DNA from: a virus
Lineage: Duplodnaviria; Caudoviricetes
Reading direction: 5' to 3' (one strand)
Virus record (IMG/VR): IMGVR_UViG_3300012983_000034
Location: 1 to 64,000 of that record
DNA: 64,000 nucleotides
Shown: positions 53,301 through 61,369 of the stretch, piece after piece
How positions within the stretch are numbered: position 1 is the stretch's first letter
How the letters are laid out: every line of letters begins with the position of its first letter
Notes under the pieces: generated by a model
What the model was told of the DNA's origin: nothing
Database searches by the model: none
The model's input: the letters and a program-made list of their open reading frames with translations, nothing else
Translations under genes and position numbers: made by a program

Positions 53301-53920
53301 TTAATGGAGATAGTATTTGTTATGGTGCAGGAGCAACTGGTGGATATGGTAAAATTCTTGCAGAAAACAACCAAATGACCTTGCAAAATGTCGGCGTGAG
53401 TGGAGGTACGATTACAGCAGAAACTTATGTTGATGGAACAATCGCAAGGCATTGGATTTGTCGCACGATTGAGAATATGAACGCCGATGCAGATTATGTT
53501 ATTGTAGAGGGTGGTGTGAATGATTGTTCTTTGAAACCTGCTTTTGGAGCAATCACTAACGGATTTAACGAAGCGCTTGATGATACAACTTTCTGCGGAG
53601 CAATGGAGTCTATATGCAAACAGCTTGTAACACGATTCGCAGGAAAAAAGATAGGCTTTATAATCGTACACAAATGCTATCAAGGATATTCCAGCCAGTT
53701 TAATGGCGAAGAAAATTACTACAAAACCACCAAAGAAATTTGCGAAAAGTGGGGTGTTCCTTATTTGGATTTGAATACTTCTTGTCCTCCTTTTGGGGCT
53801 GGTGGAATTGACGAATTGCGCCTAGCATATACTTATAACGGTGACGGATGGCATCCAAATGAAGCAGGTTATCGAGCCTATTATGTGCCGAAAATTGAGG
53901 CGTGGTTGAAAACGCTATAA
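50399..53920 (+). CDS. Receptor-binding/fibre protein with CBM-like domain and C-terminal SGNH/GDSL esterase
   Basis: LNGDSI, GVSG, GGVND, DGWHPN SGNH blocks; VTTEWQHFSFT...NIQIEIG CBM-like segment; 42-bp AQTTANNALDKANG repeats at ~51850-51990. Confidence 0.8.
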   Translation: MATRKYVSLNKLSVFLDKLKATFASLTHTHSYDELRNKPFYEGTDYSSVFASTVNFYEWGGGVYGAAVTDAPKVLTQSISHKVIWDGVEYTMTSAFAGNNDAGNPITSIGAPYGDYSNYPFGIDSYMTASGTYEFSIHTNSTTSTHTIDILELGSSFVTLDDRFISDNIARTLDVDTAIENLRDNTDKVANALKGYASGESVTLTDVSPLEHEIKVKIQTNGEQIGKEPALIGEENMLQYEGDIEFGKSYTIDSYGYNDDEGTDYIGFYNDYEEYCLLIIYSYEHSISSIEEISNYNFIRFEMKDEEEGWEAYLEPDDFSSVRVTVSGTGEKFALGNYENSGGDCWDNNGTFIVESVESADDFDYGIIYFTNGTYYEGTIRNDNIQAGDKAKIEYNYDPAYEYNVPCLVIIKGDYIEPTIYTPNKEGVISGIIGDGKVIIISNNKDYILEVEYNRDINGIISDISNEVVSVQSKADSAYNIANNAQTTANNALDKANGAQTTANNALDKANGAQSVATNAQTTANNALDKIEQMSNPSVITGTANGSAVALTDISPLEHEIGVKLASDTLTDFSSVTLTKYGKNIFSDSIQFTGVNFEENGDKIFAPRNYDVEGARNEYIGFTITDIWQLAYDRGLSLTVSFDMKAAKEGQILIYTLGKPRLTHNQWHDVTTEWQHFSFTATTYIEPNADGSDDCDLSFYGTYESGVTPFLKNIQIEIGTMETEYEQFQKQTYTPNADGTVDGVTSFYPTTTLLTNVEGITITAEYIKNVNDALNIEPSNEADTSLVVGANISDVLRYTKQDLTDAQKAQARNNIEAVSRDEVGIVIETSVNLFNRNDARNKYNTFILGGYNAFNGYIVSHPIYMKAGVSYKYRFHGSLGTNQVVARVEADTSEILQEYTYNVENVEYVSFTPTESGYYVVNLGNASDVLEYFMVCRENEYPSNFVEFGTKTTTTTMRNPLLGKSIALNGDSICYGAGATGGYGKILAENNQMTLQNVGVSGGTITAETYVDGTIARHWICRTIENMNADADYVIVEGGVNDCSLKPAFGAITNGFNEALDDTTFCGAMESICKQLVTRFAGKKIGFIIVHKCYQGYSSQFNGEENYYKTTKEICEKWGVPYLDLNTSCPPFGAGGIDELRLAYTYNGDGWHPNEAGYRAYYVPKIEAWLKTL

Positions 53921-53940
53921 GCAAAATAAATATGTCAAAC

Positions 53941-53978
53941 AAGAGTGGCAGAATTTTGTCTGCCACTCTTTATTTTTT
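53941..53978 (+). terminator. Rho-independent terminator
   Basis: AAGAGTGGCAGA-ATTTTG-TCTGCCACTCTT + T tract. Confidence 0.75.
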
Positions 53979-54006
53979 ATACAAATAAGATTAGAGGTGG
54001 TAAATA

Positions 54007-55380
54007 ATGGCTTGGAATCCGTTTGGTGTCGCATTTGAACTCTCGGCATCTGGTAGTAATGTAACGAGAATATCTGCCACCCAATTTACTGTAAAAGTTA
54101 GTGCCTCTTGGGAGGTTTATTATTCTGGGAACAAAACAAATTATGGAATGAAAGTCACATCTGGCGGAAAAACCATATACATACCTGAATATGATGGAGA
54201 AAATCACTCCTCTGGTAGCGGCACTCTCACTGGCACATATTCGATTAGCGGAAATGGCTCTCAAACAAAGAGTGTTTCTGTGGTTTTTGAAAACTATAAA
54301 ACAAATCCAGATAGTTCTGCTACTACAACTGTTACTTTTAATGTAACCGTACCAGCTTGGACATCTTACACGGTTTCATATAATGCCAATGGTGGTTCTG
54401 GCGCTCCTTCAAGTCAGACAAAATGGAAAGACCAAACATTAACACTGTCATCTACAAAACCAACTCGAACTGGCTACACATTTAGTAAATGGAATACAAA
54501 AGCTGACGGCAGCGGAACTTCTTATAATTCTGGAGCTGGTTATACTGCTAACTCTGCCGCTACACTATATGCGATATGGACAGAGAATAAATTAACTGTA
54601 AATTATTATAGCAACTATGCTGACTATGGTACTTATAAAGGCGAAGCATTAAGTGTAAGCGCAAGTACCAATGTTAAAGTACATTCTCAAGATTTTTTAT
54701 ATGATAATTCGTATAGCAGCGCATTATCAAATGTTCAAAATGCAAGTTATTTGTATTTGTCACGCACTGGTTATACCCCTACTGGATATTGGGGAACTTC
54801 AACAAGTGGCGGAACGCTTATAGATGAAGATGCCAATTATTCAACTGGTCAAGCTCTTGCACAAGCATTTGGTAAGAGTCTTGCAAGTGGTAATGCATCT
54901 GTGAATGTATATCCGCAATGGAAAATAAACACTTATACAATTGGATACGATGGTAATGGCGGCTCTGGCAGTATGGAAGTTCAATCAGTTAATTGGCAAG
55001 AAACGTTCACTCTTCTTGATAATAAATTTAAACGAGAAGGATATAAATTTATTGGATGGAATGCACAAAGAGAAGTCGATAGAAAATGGTATGTTAATGG
55101 ACAAGGTTGGTTAACAGAAGATGAAATTACTACTAATGGATATGAGAAAAAGTTATATCTTAATCAAGATGAATTAATATTCGATTTGTCTTGGATTAGA
55201 GGAGAAACAGGAGTAATTCATCAATATACGATGTATGCTATATGGGAAATATCTGGTGTTATTTATATAGATAACGGTACAGTATTTGAACCATATCTTG
55301 TATATATAGATAATGGAACAGATTGGGATTTATATATTGCATATGTTGATAATGGCACAGATTGGGATATAATCTCATAG
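54007..55380 (+). CDS. InlB B-repeat (Listeria-Bacteroides repeat) structural protein
   Basis: YTVSYNANGGSG...PTRTGYTFSKWNTKADGSG...LYAIW and a second similar repeat. Confidence 0.8.
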   Translation: MAWNPFGVAFELSASGSNVTRISATQFTVKVSASWEVYYSGNKTNYGMKVTSGGKTIYIPEYDGENHSSGSGTLTGTYSISGNGSQTKSVSVVFENYKTNPDSSATTTVTFNVTVPAWTSYTVSYNANGGSGAPSSQTKWKDQTLTLSSTKPTRTGYTFSKWNTKADGSGTSYNSGAGYTANSAATLYAIWTENKLTVNYYSNYADYGTYKGEALSVSASTNVKVHSQDFLYDNSYSSALSNVQNASYLYLSRTGYTPTGYWGTSTSGGTLIDEDANYSTGQALAQAFGKSLASGNASVNVYPQWKINTYTIGYDGNGGSGSMEVQSVNWQETFTLLDNKFKREGYKFIGWNAQREVDRKWYVNGQGWLTEDEITTNGYEKKLYLNQDELIFDLSWIRGETGVIHQYTMYAIWEISGVIYIDNGTVFEPYLVYIDNGTDWDLYIAYVDNGTDWDIIS

Positions 55381-55395
55381 TAAAGAGGTGATTTA

Positions 55396-56169
55396 ATGGC
55401 AGATATTAAAAATAAAGTTGTTACGGTTGAATCTTTGTCGGCTTTGCACGAACATAATAAAGAAACTTATATGTCAACAACTACCATTACAGTCCCAGCA
55501 GGTCGTATGCGTGGAGATGTTAATGGTGATGGATATGTTGATTTAGCAGATGCTCAACTTGTTAATAATCATATTTCTGGAGATAATATCATTACAGATA
55601 AAATACAATTATTATGTGCTGATACGAATAATGATGGAAACATAGACGAAGAAGATGCGTCAAACATAGCATATATTTATCATTTTGGTTTTGAGGAATA
55701 CTTGGAATTAGCAAATGATGTTTTGGGAAATTGGAAGCGCAATCCAGAATATGATATTGAAGGCAGCGAAACTAAAGATATGATGTTCTATACAGATATT
55801 GTTGTTGGAAATATAGACTACGAATCTCATTCTTTTATAATCACTATTGCAGATAAAAAATATGACAAAGACTTTTTTTGTGCAATATGTGTTAATGAAG
55901 CAATTAGATTATATGCAAAATTTTCCCCAACTTCCGAAGTAAAGGCTATAGTGCAATATTGGAATGGCAATGGAACAAATGTTGTCGTAGTTGATTCATT
56001 AGGTATTTTGTCAATGACTAACGGTGGTACAAACGCTTCAAATGGGGCAGATGGTTTAGCAAATTTATTTGCTGACGGCAAAACAGTTCTTTCGTCTTAT
56101 CAGTATGGCGACACTCTTCCCGAAGCTGGAACTGTTGGCAGAATATTTTTTAAGAAAATAAGCGAATAA
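55396..56169 (+). CDS. Virion-associated protein containing a type I dockerin-like domain
   Basis: RGDVNGDGYVDLADA...CADTNNDGNIDEEDA duplicated Ca-binding loops; C-terminal NGGT...YGDTLP..GRIFFKK fibre-type motif. Confidence 0.75.
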   Translation: MADIKNKVVTVESLSALHEHNKETYMSTTTITVPAGRMRGDVNGDGYVDLADAQLVNNHISGDNIITDKIQLLCADTNNDGNIDEEDASNIAYIYHFGFEEYLELANDVLGNWKRNPEYDIEGSETKDMMFYTDIVVGNIDYESHSFIITIADKKYDKDFFCAICVNEAIRLYAKFSPTSEVKAIVQYWNGNGTNVVVVDSLGILSMTNGGTNASNGADGLANLFADGKTVLSSYQYGDTLPEAGTVGRIFFKKISE

Positions 56170-56175
56170 AAAATT

Positions 56176-56205
56176 AAGGATATCTTTACGGATATCCTTT
56201 TTTTT
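56176..56205. terminator. Terminator between convergent genes
   Basis: AAGGATATC-TTTACG-GATATCCTT + T run. Confidence 0.7.
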
Positions 56206-56326
56206 ACATTTTTTGTTTCGTGTTTTTCTCATTATATTTGTCTGCAAAAAACTTTGCTAATCTGCTTGTATTTATCTTTTTACTTTCTATAATTTTAATT
56301 GTTATCTCTCTTTCTTTTCTCGCCAT
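56204..56326 (-). CDS. 40-aa basic protein divergent from the integrase (candidate recombination directionality factor; not in ORF track)
   Basis: MARKEREITIKIIESKKINTSRLAKFFADKYNEKNTKQKM; AAGGAG RBS; own promoter. Confidence 0.6.
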   Translation of the reverse strand: MARKEREITIKIIESKKINTSRLAKFFADKYNEKNTKQKM

Positions 56327-56395
56327 ATTTAACTCCTTATTTTTATAACTTTATTTGTTAAATGGAAATACTTCTTACACTGCCTCTCTTATATT

Positions 56396-56437
56396 AGTAT
56401 ATTAAAATAATAATTTTATGTCCAATAAATTGGACAT
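56396..56437 (-). promoter_or_regulatory. SigA-like promoter overlapped by a perfect palindrome
   Basis: -35 TGGACA, 17 bp, -10 TATACT on the minus strand; ATGTCCAAT-AA-ATTGGACAT at 56418-56437. Confidence 0.55.
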
Positions 56438-56648
56438 TTTTTTAGTCAATAGGTAAATAGAATCATTTTATTTCACTTATTCTGATTATTATGTTAATAT
56501 GAATTTAAGAGGAGGTGGTGTAATCTTATGACAGTAATTAAAAAGGTTATAAGGAAAGAGGTGATGTGTTTCATTGTTTTTGCATTGTTTCATTTGTAAT
56601 GAGACAATGGATGTTTTAATGAAATAATCATCTAAGGAAGTGCATCCA

Positions 56649-58271
56649 ATGGCGAGTATACAAAGAACGATAATAAGAGAAAATCGAAGGAGAGTTGCTG
56701 TTGCTTACGCTCGTTTCTCTTCTAACAATCAGCGTGAAGAAAGTATTGACGCTCAATTAAGGGCTATCCGTGAGTATTGTGAAAGAGAAAATATCGAGTT
56801 AGTAGCAGAGTTTACAGATGAAGCGCAGAGCGGTAAAACAGATGACCGTGAAGATTTTCAGAATATGATTAACAAATTATTGAAAGGTCATATTCAAGCA
56901 GACTATGTTTTAGTTCATAAATTCAACCGTTTTGCGAGGAACAAATTTGATAGTGCTTTATACAAGAAGAAATTAAGAGATATAGATGTTAAAGTTGTTT
57001 CTGTATCTCAGAAGATTGACGATACACCAGAGGGTGAATTGTTAGAAGGTTTTCTTGAAACCATCGACCAATACTACTCTGCTAACCTTGCTGCTGAGGT
57101 AAGGAAAGGTCTTAGAGAAAACGCATTAAAAGGCAAACATGCTGGTGGTCAAGTCTTATTTGGATACTCTCTTGATGAAGATGGATATTATGTACCAAAT
57201 GAGAACGCAAAGATTGTTAAGCGCATCTTTGAAGAGTATGTACAGGGGTATCCTAAAACAGAAATTTGTGAAAGACTTAATAAAGAAGGATATCGCAACC
57301 AGCGTGGAAAGCCATTCAATACTCGTACACTCTATGACCTTTTAAGAAATGAGAAGTATATTGGTAATTATGTCTACACAATAGACAAGAAAGAAACAGT
57401 TCGTCTTGATGGGATTATTAAAGACCATCCGATTGACAAGCAACTTTGGCATCAGGTTCAAGAACTTTGTAAAGACTCAAGCGAAAAGGCACAAGCTAGA
57501 CAACGAACACAAAAACGCTTTTACTATTTAACAGGAAAGGCTTATTGCGAAGAATGTGGTAGCAGAATTTGTGCCAATGGTTCTAAGCGTTCAAATGGCA
57601 AAGGCAAGTTAAATTATTATTATCAGTGTATTGGAAAAGTAAAGCAAAAAAATGGATGCAAAAATCCAGCTCTTAACAAAGATTGGGTTGAGCCAAAGGT
57701 TCTTAAATCAGTAATGAATATTGTTATGGACGATAACCAGCTTGAGCAAATTGCAAAAGTTGCATTTGAAGAGATTATTGCTATGAGAGATACACCAGTT
57801 GTAACCACTGCTCAACTTAAAAAGGAATTAGCACAAATTGATAAAAAGCAAGAAAGATTAAGAGACTTGTATATTGATGGAAATATGAGCAAAGAAATGC
57901 TCGATGAGAAAAATGGAGAGTTAGCAAGACGAAGATATCAAATTGAAGATGAATTAGAAAAAAGAAAAAATATCTTCGACGCAGAAGACATTACGCCAGA
58001 AGATATTAAAGAGTTTATTGTTCAATATGTTGAAGATGTTCAGAATGATTACGACCAGTCAGATGATGAATTCAAAAGAATTATGATTAACACCTTTGTA
58101 GAAAGGGTTGATGTAAGCAAGGAGAAAGTGACCGTTCATATCCATACGCCGTTTAGTCGTATGGATAGAGGTTATAAGGGGAATTTTACTGGGGTGCTAC
58201 ACCGCTTATCAACCGTCAAACTAACACGGTCTTTCCCTCGTAAAAAGAATATTCACGGTAGACTTGATTGA
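56649..58271 (+). CDS. Large serine recombinase (phage integrase)
   Basis: AYARFSS catalytic Ser, KFNRFAR, recombinase domain (FGY..LRNEKYIG), Zn ribbon CEECG..YYYQC..C, coiled coil. Confidence 0.93.
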   Translation: MASIQRTIIRENRRRVAVAYARFSSNNQREESIDAQLRAIREYCERENIELVAEFTDEAQSGKTDDREDFQNMINKLLKGHIQADYVLVHKFNRFARNKFDSALYKKKLRDIDVKVVSVSQKIDDTPEGELLEGFLETIDQYYSANLAAEVRKGLRENALKGKHAGGQVLFGYSLDEDGYYVPNENAKIVKRIFEEYVQGYPKTEICERLNKEGYRNQRGKPFNTRTLYDLLRNEKYIGNYVYTIDKKETVRLDGIIKDHPIDKQLWHQVQELCKDSSEKAQARQRTQKRFYYLTGKAYCEECGSRICANGSKRSNGKGKLNYYYQCIGKVKQKNGCKNPALNKDWVEPKVLKSVMNIVMDDNQLEQIAKVAFEEIIAMRDTPVVTTAQLKKELAQIDKKQERLRDLYIDGNMSKEMLDEKNGELARRRYQIEDELEKRKNIFDAEDITPEDIKEFIVQYVEDVQNDYDQSDDEFKRIMINTFVERVDVSKEKVTVHIHTPFSRMDRGYKGNFTGVLHRLSTVKLTRSFPRKKNIHGRLD

Positions 58272-58392
58272 TTTAGTTTAACAATGATTATAGCACACTA
58301 CAGTATAAAAGGAAGTGAAAATATTTTACGCAAAGTTATCACAGAGTATGATGCTTTGTGGTAACTTTGTATCATATTAAACTTTCAGGTAG

Positions 58393-58635
58393 GTGAGATT
58401 TATGAATAGCGATAAAGAGTTATTTGACCTTGCTAAAAGATATGCTCATTTAGAAAGTCTGTTTCAAACAGTTGCAACAGAGTTTGAGATTGAAGAAGTT
58501 AAAGAAGCTATGGAAGAAATATTGAACACTCTTTTAGAAAAGAGATATAATGCCGACAAATTCGTTCATTATAAAAAGATGTACAAAGAAATGACTATGG
58601 GAGAATATTTTGAGTTTATCAAAACACTTGAATAG
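58393..58635 (+). CDS. Small hypothetical protein
   Basis: ORF with AGGT RBS after the integrase. Confidence 0.55.
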   Translation: MRFMNSDKELFDLAKRYAHLESLFQTVATEFEIEEVKEAMEEILNTLLEKRYNADKFVHYKKMYKEMTMGEYFEFIKTLE

Positions 58636-58648
58636 GAGTTGGAACATC

Positions 58649-59044
58649 ATGACGGATAAAATAAATGTTATGCATTATATTAGAAGAGGTAGACCAGAAA
58701 GAGCTGTAATTTATGTTAGAGGTCATGACGAAGAAGTAGAAACAGCACAAGAATTAAAATGTAGAATGTACGCAAAAGACAAAGGATATGAAGTTGCATA
58801 TGTAACAAGTCATATTGAAGATGTAAATTTATGTGATGTTTTGTTGGTTGCAAACTTTTCAAGAATTAGTCGCAAACAAATGGAGTTTGTAAAGATTTAT
58901 AAATTGTTTAAAGCAAGAGGTATTAGAATTGAAAGTGCTACTGGACAACACGATATTAGCAAAGCATTTTCTGCCAAAGATATTTATAAGGCATTAGATT
59001 TATTTTTTAAAAAAGATTTTAATGAACCATTAAAAAAAGATTGA
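58649..59044 (+). CDS. Stand-alone resolvase-like N-terminal domain lacking the catalytic serine
   Basis: RAVIYVRGH (vs YxRxS), Q...C..YA...GYEV, DVLLVANFSRISR, GIRIES; AGGAG RBS. Confidence 0.7.
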   Translation: MTDKINVMHYIRRGRPERAVIYVRGHDEEVETAQELKCRMYAKDKGYEVAYVTSHIEDVNLCDVLLVANFSRISRKQMEFVKIYKLFKARGIRIESATGQHDISKAFSAKDIYKALDLFFKKDFNEPLKKD

Positions 59045-59069
59045 CCTTAGATTATTATATTAGTATAAT
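59041..59069 (+). promoter_or_regulatory. SigA-like promoter
   Basis: TTGACC-17bp-TATAAT. Confidence 0.7.
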
Positions 59070-59075
59070 AAAGAT

Positions 59076-59219
59076 ACCCTTTCTAAAGACCAAGAAATTA
59101 CCATTTAGTATGTAGGGTTTGTCATTTCTAAACATATATCATATATGTATCATCTGTTTATTTCCACGTTGAGATGACAAATTAAACCCCGTAGATTAAT
59201 CTCTACGGGGTCTTTTTTT
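59076..59219 (+). ncRNA. Candidate ~140-nt small RNA
   Basis: Lies between the promoter and terminator; no credible ORF; stem TTTGTCATTTC/GAGATGACAAA. Confidence 0.5.
59186..59219. terminator. Terminator at the junction of the convergent genome arms
   Basis: ACCCCGTAGA-TTAATC-TCTACGGGGT + CTTTTTTT. Confidence 0.8.
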
Positions 59220-59280
59220 ACCTTGCTGGATGTACGAGCAGCCATTGATGCTAATTCTAATATTATTTATATCCACTTGT

Positions 59281-59484
59281 TTAAAATTTATGCGTCTTTT
59301 TATTTTTTTTATTTATTATTGACAACATTTTTCTGCCGTCTTTATAACCTTGATTGTATGCATTCTGTAAATTATCTTCTTGTTTATCATTAAACGGCGG
59401 AAAACTAATTGTGCACATTAATATTACAACATTAATTAACACAATTGATGCAATAGCAATAAAGGATAGTATATACTCCATCAT
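59281..59484 (-). CDS. Small membrane protein
   Basis: N-terminal hydrophobic helix; AYNQGYKDG. Confidence 0.5.
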   Translation of the reverse strand: MMEYILSFIAIASIVLINVVILMCTISFPPFNDKQEDNLQNAYNQGYKDGRKMLSIINKKNKKTHKF

Positions 59485-59487
59485 TTT

Positions 59488-60045
59488 TTAATATTCACTT
59501 CTTAAAGAATTATTCAAGCAATCATTCATAAAACAATTTGCTTTTACTTTTAGGTCTTCCAGTGTGCCGTTATTATTGATTACAATATCGTAATCATAAT
59601 TATATACATTTTCATCTGCCATATTAGAAGTAATGTGTTTTACCGAGTCTCTTTTAACCAAGATTGTCTTTGCGTTATATTCTTTAAATTCATTTAAAGC
59701 TTTCGAAATTTCTTTTGGTTCTCTAATATGTAAAAACAATATTTTTGAAATATCAACGCCATCATTCATAACGCTATTTGCAAATTTCTTCATATCATTT
59801 AAAGGCATATCATTGTATTCTGTGGTCAGTAATTTTAGGTCTGATAAAAACTTTCTATCTTTTTCTGTTTTTGCGCCATTCCAACCAATAATTTTAGCGA
59901 CTTCTTTAACCTTTGAAACAGATGAATAATTATCCACTTTTGTAGAAATATCGGCTTGGTTTCGTACTTCTTCAACAAATGCGTCTTTGCCTACTCCACC
60001 TGAGCCATTAATAATAAAAATTTGTTGTTTCATAATTTTCTCCAT
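59488..60045 (-). CDS. P-loop nucleotide (dNMP) kinase-like protein
   Basis: IFIINGSGGVGKD; YDIVINNNGTLEDL; adjacent to thyA. Confidence 0.7.
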   Translation of the reverse strand: MEKIMKQQIFIINGSGGVGKDAFVEEVRNQADISTKVDNYSSVSKVKEVAKIIGWNGAKTEKDRKFLSDLKLLTTEYNDMPLNDMKKFANSVMNDGVDISKILFLHIREPKEISKALNEFKEYNAKTILVKRDSVKHITSNMADENVYNYDYDIVINNNGTLEDLKVKANCFMNDCLNNSLRSEY

Positions 60046-60047
60046 AT

Positions 60048-60914
60048 TTAAATGCCTAACTCTAATGTTAACTGAGGCTTAATAGGTTCATAGTTTAACA
60101 TTGTAAAGTCGTCAATTGTCATTTCAAAAAAGTTTGTTACATCTGGATTTAGAATGAGATTTGGATTCGGCTTATACGCCTCATCTCTTTCTAAAAACAT
60201 TTTTCCTTCTAAAAACTCAAATCTGTTTAATAACTCATTTGCTTGCTCGGTATGTCTATCATAAATCTGTTCATTTGCGATAAAATGAGTAAACACACCA
60301 GCCTCATATCCACAATGTCTTGCAATCATCATAAGCAATGCGGCGTATTGAACTTCATTCATACAGCCAGCACCAGAAGCAGTAATCATATCCCCACTTC
60401 TCTGAATTAAGCACATATCAAGATACTTTCCTCTTACATTCCAAATTGTTAGAAACGCACAAGGGGCAAGACCTTTTGTTTCTCTCAAATCAGTTTCTTG
60501 CCAAAGAGACATAACTTTTCTTCTGCCATATGGGTCTTTCTTAATGTCTTCAATAAGATTATTAATTAAATCGTATCTTTTTACTGTAGCGCCATATCTT
60601 TGACCAATCGTGCCATCACCAATATCCCAAGGATTCCACCATTTTACACCCATCTCTTCCATTTCAGAAATTACATTGGTAGGTTTCTGATAAATAGTAA
60701 AAATTTCTTTGATACCAGTTTTCCAAACAATTGGTCTTAGTGTTAAGATGGGAAATTCGCCTTTGGATAAATCATATTTTCTTGTAATATGATTAACAGA
60801 TAGAGTATGTGCTGAACTTCCATCTGCATATTTTGGACGAGGGTTTTCATCCAAATATCCATTTACCAAAATATCTTTAATTGCATCATTCATATAAATA
60901 TCTGCTTTATTCAT
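60048..60914 (-). CDS. thyA: Thymidylate synthase
   Basis: DPYGRR, LAPCAF, QRSGD, N-x-x-QY, QIYDRH motifs. Confidence 0.93.
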   Translation of the reverse strand: MNKADIYMNDAIKDILVNGYLDENPRPKYADGSSAHTLSVNHITRKYDLSKGEFPILTLRPIVWKTGIKEIFTIYQKPTNVISEMEEMGVKWWNPWDIGDGTIGQRYGATVKRYDLINNLIEDIKKDPYGRRKVMSLWQETDLRETKGLAPCAFLTIWNVRGKYLDMCLIQRSGDMITASGAGCMNEVQYAALLMMIARHCGYEAGVFTHFIANEQIYDRHTEQANELLNRFEFLEGKMFLERDEAYKPNPNLILNPDVTNFFEMTIDDFTMLNYEPIKPQLTLELGI

Positions 60915-60943
60915 TATCTTACCTCTTATATATTTATGTCTTA

Positions 60944-61354
60944 TTAGATATAATCCCCATAGGTATGACCACTTAGAACGCCGTTATCCTGAAGAAACGC
61001 CATCCATTTTTCTACCTGTTCTTTAACAATATTTGCACATTCGTTTTGAGGATTTTTTCTTAATAAATGTTGATAATCATAAGGCTGACAAAAATCCAAA
61101 TCTACAATCATAATGTCTATATCTGAGCCATCTTTAGGAATCTTTACCGTAAAATCAATTTCGATATCTTTCCACTTTTTATTATTAGGAAACTGAATCA
61201 TCTTAGAAAACCACCAATAAGGACTTGGCTTTTCGTGGTCTGTTCCTTCATAGTAATTCTTTTTAAAACCAATCTCTTTCATCTTTTCATCTGAAAGAAT
61301 ATTGTACTTAATTAGTTTGTTTACTCCGTTGGAGTTTTTTTCTACATAAGGCAT
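60944..61354 (-). CDS. Hypothetical protein
   Basis: ORF with AGGAG RBS; DLDFCQPYDY motif. Confidence 0.65.
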   Translation of the reverse strand: MPYVEKNSNGVNKLIKYNILSDEKMKEIGFKKNYYEGTDHEKPSPYWWFSKMIQFPNNKKWKDIEIDFTVKIPKDGSDIDIMIVDLDFCQPYDYQHLLRKNPQNECANIVKEQVEKWMAFLQDNGVLSGHTYGDYI

Positions 61355-61369
61355 TTTAAATAATCTCCT

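Noticed and set aside
35541-56169. Invertible tail-fibre shufflon driven by the tyrosine recombinase
   Set aside because: All fibre genes are co-oriented; I saw no inverted cassettes or repeated crossover sites
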